A stretch of 47,884 bases of DNA, taken from assembly GCA_043734065.1 (NCBI GenBank), contig JAYTFV010000224.1, forward strand, positions 1-47,884, read 5' to 3'. Source of the stretch: Planctomycetota bacterium (GTDB taxonomy: Bacteria > Planctomycetota > Planctomycetia > Planctomycetales > Planctomycetaceae). A model generated the notes under the pieces. It was not told the origin of the DNA. It saw only the letters and a list, made by a program, of their open reading frames with translations, and ran no database searches. Every line of letters begins with the position of its first letter. Positions within the stretch are counted from its first letter, which is position 1. Position numbers and translations under genes: made by a program. This document shows positions 43,749-47,884 of this stretch, piece after piece.

Positions 43749-43980
43749 TCAGGGCCCCGGTTCTGCCACAAACTGGAACTGGGGGATGGTCTGGCCATCG
43801 ACCAGGACGGTCTCCAGGAACATCGCCCGGGGGCGCACCGACAGACTGCGGTCCCCGTTAGTCCTGCTGATAGACGATCAATTCCTCTTCCGTCTCGCTG
43901 TGGCGGGCGATCCCCAGGACAATGTAGTCCCGGCCCTTGTCGTGACGGTAACGTCCGGTCTGCATCTGTTTCACCCGCAT
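43749..43980 (-). pseudogene. DUF1653-family gene interrupted by a 1-nt frameshift
   Basis: Frame A from ATG 43978-43980 reads 'MRVKQMQTGRYRHDKGRDYIVLGIARHSETEEELIVYQQD' and ends at TAA 43858-43860. Frame B from 43859 reads 'NGDRSLSVRPRAMFLETVLVDGQTIPQFQFVAEPGP*', with its stop at 43749-43751. Joined, the two give a typical ~76-aa DUF1653 protein (G-YRHYKG..Y.V...A.HSET.E..VVY......WVRP..MF). Confidence 0.65.
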
Positions 43981-44047
43981 GTGGCCTCCCGTCGGCTCTG
44001 CCCCGAGATATGAAGCCCCTGAGCCCCGTTCGAGAAACAAGAGTCGT

Positions 44048-44087
44048 CTTTCGCTCCGCGAAAGACCGGCCGTTCGCGGAGCGAAAG
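44048..44087. repeat. 15-bp perfect inverted repeat (REP-like); likely terminator of the aldehyde dehydrogenase gene
   Basis: 'ctttcgctccgcgaa' at 44048-44062 pairs with 'ttcgcggagcgaaag' at 44073-44087. The loop is 10 nt. The element lies ~80 nt downstream of the ALDH stop. Confidence 0.85.
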
Positions 44088-44165
44088 GCGACAATCGGAC
44101 AGTGACTCCTCGAATGATCCTCACCAACGACGCCAGCCTCCCTCTGGCTGATCGCTCCCTGGCCC

Positions 44166-45647
44166 CTATCCCAAACTCATCGTCACCGTCTTCAACTCGG
44201 TGTAGTTGTCGAGGCCGGACTTGCCCAACTCGCGGCCCATGCCCGACATTTTGAATCCGCCGAACGGGGCCGCTGCGTCGAACACGTCGTAGCAGTTGAT
44301 CCACACCGTCCCGGCCCGCACCGACTGAGCCACGCGATGGGCCTTGGCCACATCGCGGGTCCAGACCGCAGCCGCCAGGCCGTAGAAGGTCTTGTTGGCG
44401 CGCTGGACAACCTCGTCGAAGTCCTTGAAGGGCAGCACGCTGATGACCGGGCCGAAGATCTCGTCGGTGGCAATCGCCATGTCATCGGTCACGCGGTCGA
44501 AGACGGTCGGCTGGATGAAGAGCCCCTTGTCCCCCTGGCGTGCCCCACCGGTCAGGCACTTCGCTCCGGCTTGCTTGCCGAGGTCGATGTACTTCATGAT
44601 CTTGTTGAACTGGTCCTGGTCGATCTGCGGACCCTGCGTCGTGGCCAGTTGGAATGGGTCGCCCAACTGACGCTCGCGGGCCTTGGCGACCAGCTTGTCG
44701 ACGAACTTCTCGTGGATCTTCTCCTCGACGAACAGGCGGCTCCCCGCGCAGCAGCACTGCCCCTGATTGAAGAACAATCCGAACTCCGCCCCGGCGACGG
44801 CGGCATCCAGGTCGCTGTCGGCAAAGACGATATTGGGGCTCTTACCACCGAGTTCGAAGGTCAACCGCTTCAATGTCTGGGCCGCATCCCGCATGATGAG
44901 TTGGGCGGTTTCAGTCGAGCCGGTGAAGGCAATCTTGTCGACACCGGGGTGTTTGACGAGAGCGGCCCCCGTGTCACCGAAACCGGGAACGATGTTAATC
45001 ACGCCTGGCGGGAACCCGGCTTCCGTCGCCAACTCCGCCATCCGCAGGCACGACAGTGGCGTCTGCTCGGCAGGCTTCATCACAATCGTGCAGCCGCACG
45101 CCAGCGCCGGTGCCCACTTCCAGGCCACCATCAGCGCGGGGAAGTTCCACGGAATGATCTGCCCCACCACGCCGACCGGCTCGCGGCGGGTGTAGCAGAA
45201 GTAGTTGCCCCGCACCGGAATCGTGTCCCCGGTCAGCTTGTCGGCCCACCCCGCGTAGTACCGCAGGCAATCGATGACCAGCGGGATGTCGGCGGCTTGG
45301 GCATCGCGTATCGGCTTGCCATTGTCCAGCGTTTCGAGAGCCGCCAACTCCTCGGCGTGCTTCTCAATCAGGTCGGCCAGCTTGCCAATCAGACGGCCTC
45401 GATCACGGGCATCCATCGCGGGCCAGGGGCCGGTTTCGAACGCCTTGCGGGCCGCCTTGACGGCAAGGTCGATGTCTAGGGAATTGCCGCGAGCGACATC
45501 CGCAATCTTCTCTTCTGTGGCCGGGTGATAGCTCGCGAAGGTCTCTCCGCTCACCGAATCACACCACTTGCCGCCGATCAACATCTGGGTCTGACGGACC
45601 TTGGGACGGGCCACCGAAGTGGGTTTGGAAGCTGTTGCGGTTGTCAT
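44166..45647 (-). CDS. NAD(P)+-dependent aldehyde dehydrogenase
   Basis: The matches are '[11 protein letters not shown]', '[11 protein letters not shown]' (catalytic Glu) and '[10 protein letters not shown]' (catalytic Cys). The protein is 493 aa. Confidence 0.95.
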   Translation of the reverse strand: MTTATASKPTSVARPKVRQTQMLIGGKWCDSVSGETFASYHPATEEKIADVARGNSLDIDLAVKAARKAFETGPWPAMDARDRGRLIGKLADLIEKHAEELAALETLDNGKPIRDAQAADIPLVIDCLRYYAGWADKLTGDTIPVRGNYFCYTRREPVGVVGQIIPWNFPALMVAWKWAPALACGCTIVMKPAEQTPLSCLRMAELATEAGFPPGVINIVPGFGDTGAALVKHPGVDKIAFTGSTETAQLIMRDAAQTLKRLTFELGGKSPNIVFADSDLDAAVAGAEFGLFFNQGQCCCAGSRLFVEEKIHEKFVDKLVAKARERQLGDPFQLATTQGPQIDQDQFNKIMKYIDLGKQAGAKCLTGGARQGDKGLFIQPTVFDRVTDDMAIATDEIFGPVISVLPFKDFDEVVQRANKTFYGLAAAVWTRDVAKAHRVAQSVRAGTVWINCYDVFDAAAPFGGFKMSGMGRELGKSGLDNYTELKTVTMSLG

Positions 45648-45795
45648 GAGAAAGCTCCTGAGCGTGAGGGGAGTCGCGGAACCGATCTATCTGGATTGTA
45701 CCGTCTCGCGATCCCGTTTCGCTGCGCCGGGAAGCCTTCCCCGCCGACTGGCCGACTGGTGTGTGCATCTCGTTTGTCGGTGGGGAACGCCGACG

Positions 45796-45877
45796 GGGAG
45801 GGCGACGCTCCTGCCGAGCCGCTGATGCCAGACAATGTTCTCGCTCGCTCGCGGCTCCGCAGGAGCGTCGCCCTCCC
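45796..45877. repeat. 19-26-bp-stem inverted repeat between the MFS gene end and the ALDH start
   Basis: 'gggagggcgacgctcctgc' at 45796-45814 pairs perfectly with 'gcaggagcgtcgccctccc' at 45859-45877. The stem extends imperfectly through cgagccg/cggctcc. Confidence 0.85.
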
Positions 45878-45956
45878 ACCGCGTCGCCCGCCAACTCGAC
45901 TCTGCCTCGCACCGACGAACGTGATGCACGCACCGCCGACTGAGCGACACCGGCGA

Positions 45957-47513
45957 TTACTCCGGCAGCGGCTGGCCCTTCGTCTCGGGAGCGAACCAGA
46001 TCGCCGCGAAGCCGACCACATAGATCAGGCTCAGCCACGAACAGGCTTGCGGGTACAGCCCGCCGAAATGCTTCTCGATGAGATAACCGATGTAGAGCGA
46101 CCCCGCTCCCGACAGGATGCGACCGAAGTTGTACGCGAAACCCTGACCCACTGCTCGGACTCTGGTCGGGAATAGTTCCGGCAAATATAGCGGCAGCAAC
46201 CCATAGAAGGACGCTGTCATCGCTCCGGCCAGCAGCGCTGAGGCCAGGAATTTCAGGTCGAACGTTGTGTTCCCTTGAAAGAACCACAGCAGTGAGGCCA
46301 TTGCTCCCACGCACAGAGTCGCATACAGCTTGCGCCGCCCCAGTCTGTCCCCGACCACGGCAGCCAGGATCGTGCCAATCACGGCTCCGAGCCCGGTGGC
46401 GATCTGGGTTTGCGAACGGGCCGAGGCGAGTTGGGGAGATAACTCCGCATTGGTGATCTTCGGGTTCTCGGCCTTGAGTTCGGCCTTGCGAAGGTCATTG
46501 GCCCACGACGGAGCTCGCTGAATCGCTCCCCAGGTTCCGAGCAAGGCAACTCCGCTCAGCAGCGCCCCGATGTACATCCGCCGCAGGATTTCTGGACTAG
46601 CCACGGAACTTGTTGAGTCTTCTGTCGACCGTCCCAGATATTTCCGCACGGGGTACATGTAACCCCACAGCGCGGCGACCAGTCCGACCAGCAACGCGAT
46701 CATCTGCACGAAGAGCGGGCAGTCGTAGGCATAGGCCACCACCATCCCCAGCGGCCCCAGGCAGCCGATCGCCACCCCCCACAGATCCTTGACCTCCCAG
46801 TGGCTGGTTTCCCCCTTGGCTTGCGACTGCTCCCACTTCTCCGACTCGGGAACGAACATCCGAATGAAGAACGTGAGCAAGGCCGGAAACGCTCCGACGA
46901 GCATCAGCAACCGCCAGCCGGAGTGTTGCGTCAGATGCTCGACATGGGCCTGTGCCAACCCGGCACTGCGCAGTAATTCACCCACCGATGTCACCATCGG
47001 AATCAGAGCCAGGTTCACCAGCGCGATCAGAATGAAGCCCACATTCGCAGCGGCTCCAATCAACCCGGCCAGCCACGCCCGCGAGCGTCCCGGCCACAAC
47101 TCCATCACCAGCGAGACTCCCAGTGACCACTCGCCGCCCATGCCCAGCGAAGCCATGAACCGGAAAAAGAGAACCAGGCCGACGGAGTTCCCCACAGCAC
47201 ACAGGCCGCTGAAGACCGCAAATGTCAACACGCACAGCGACATCGCCCGCACCCGCCCCAGGCGATCTCCGAGCCAGCCGAACAGCACGCCACCGGTGGC
47301 CGCCCCGATCAGGAACCCCGCGTGCATGATCCCTTCCCACTTGCTGATCAACTGGTCCGAGACCGGTTGCCCGTGACCCAGCAAGTCGGTCAGGGCGGGC
47401 TTCATCACAATCGGAAACAGCCCCATCTCGAACCCGTCAAACAACCAACCCAGGATGGCCGCGATCAAAGCCATCCATTGACCGCTGGAGATCGGCTTGT
47501 TGTCGGTACTCAT
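45957..47513 (-). CDS. MFS transporter (sugar-porter/aromatic-acid-type, 12 TM)
   Basis: The MFS loop 2-3 motif 'GWLGDRLGRVRA' is present, with a second-half equivalent 'VVGDRLGRRKL'. I chose the ATG at 47511-47513 (MSTDNKPISSGQW..); the tracked ORF extends to 47564. Confidence 0.9.
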   Translation of the reverse strand: MSTDNKPISSGQWMALIAAILGWLFDGFEMGLFPIVMKPALTDLLGHGQPVSDQLISKWEGIMHAGFLIGAATGGVLFGWLGDRLGRVRAMSLCVLTFAVFSGLCAVGNSVGLVLFFRFMASLGMGGEWSLGVSLVMELWPGRSRAWLAGLIGAAANVGFILIALVNLALIPMVTSVGELLRSAGLAQAHVEHLTQHSGWRLLMLVGAFPALLTFFIRMFVPESEKWEQSQAKGETSHWEVKDLWGVAIGCLGPLGMVVAYAYDCPLFVQMIALLVGLVAALWGYMYPVRKYLGRSTEDSTSSVASPEILRRMYIGALLSGVALLGTWGAIQRAPSWANDLRKAELKAENPKITNAELSPQLASARSQTQIATGLGAVIGTILAAVVGDRLGRRKLYATLCVGAMASLLWFFQGNTTFDLKFLASALLAGAMTASFYGLLPLYLPELFPTRVRAVGQGFAYNFGRILSGAGSLYIGYLIEKHFGGLYPQACSWLSLIYVVGFAAIWFAPETKGQPLPE

Positions 47514-47618
47514 GAGGGGACTTTCGCAGGGCCACACGACATCGAGTGCGAAGAATTTGCGCACGGGGATGGATCAACGGTACGGCATGTGGCCGGTCGA
47601 AACAACGGTGCGGTCAAT

Positions 47619-47667
47619 GTGGCACTACGCTCCGCGTCGTCACTCACGACGTGGAGCGTCGTGCCAC
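47619..47667. repeat. 22-bp-stem hairpin upstream of the MFS gene
   Basis: 'gtggcactacgctccgcgtcgt' at 47619-47640, the loop 'cactc', then 'acgacgtggagcgtcgtgccac' at 47646-47667. The stem has 2 mismatches. Confidence 0.7.
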
Positions 47668-47884
47668 AATCTGCTTCCCGATCCACTCGCAGTCTGAAAC
47701 TGCTTCAATTGGCCAAGTATTTGTTATTGCGGTAGGGACGGTCATTGCTGACCGCCCCCCGCACAGATCCGTACGTGCGGAACTACCGCATACGGCTCTT
47801 ACCTGGGATATTGACCTGCAAACCGCACGTTGGGATAAGGGTGGAGAATCTTCGGCGTCGGGAGCCAACGCTTGCTCAACCGTG

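Noticed and set aside
43981-44304. N-terminal 108 aa of the tracked 148-aa ORF (43858-44304)
   Set aside because: This part overlaps the 3' end of the aldehyde dehydrogenase gene and runs through a REP-like palindrome. Only the last 40 codons, from ATG 43980, match DUF1653.

Overview
This is a 47.9-kb high-GC bacterial chromosomal segment; the 60-nt lines I counted by eye are mostly about 60-65% G+C. Gene content and repeat style suggest Planctomycetota. That assignment is an inference from three things: a 13.2-kb DUF4347/beta-helix/LamG/cadherin giant gene with an 'EDRLLFSA' N-terminal motif, a TAT-signal Gfo/Idh/MocA oxidoreductase, and very dense palindromic intergenic repeats. I support about 30 CDS. 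The housekeeping genes are queC, pyruvate carboxylase, trxB, murD, metF, an aldehyde dehydrogenase and an MFS transporter. The remainder includes the giant surface protein, an orphan MoxR-like AAA+ ATPase, an MMPL/RND exporter, and an sxtI/J/K-like carbamoyltransferase cassette flanked by three SGNH-like hydrolases. There is also a MazF/PemK-type toxin-antitoxin pair and a frameshifted DUF1653 gene. I recognised no rRNA, tRNA, CRISPR array, integrase or transposase. Four things seem most worth a second look. (1) A compact low-GC two-gene module at 37395-39271 encodes an ABC-type ATPase and a DUF4276/RloB-like Toprim protein, wedged between trxB and a PIG-L deacetylase; it is a candidate uncharacterised OLD/PARIS/AbiL-like defence system. 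(2) A low-GC islet at 3917-4702 encodes a protein with a C-terminal HEPN-like R-x4-H motif, next to a ~320-bp tandem repeat array. (3) The carbamoyltransferase-SxtJ-SxtK-SGNH cassette has no known product. (4) The window has an unusual non-coding architecture. It contains heptanucleotide tandem arrays at many gene junctions and inside one CDS, a ~400-bp nested palindrome inside the cassette, a double-hairpin family with compensatory stem changes, and a palindromic element inserted in frame in murD. Family calls rest on motifs I can read in the translations, not on database searches.
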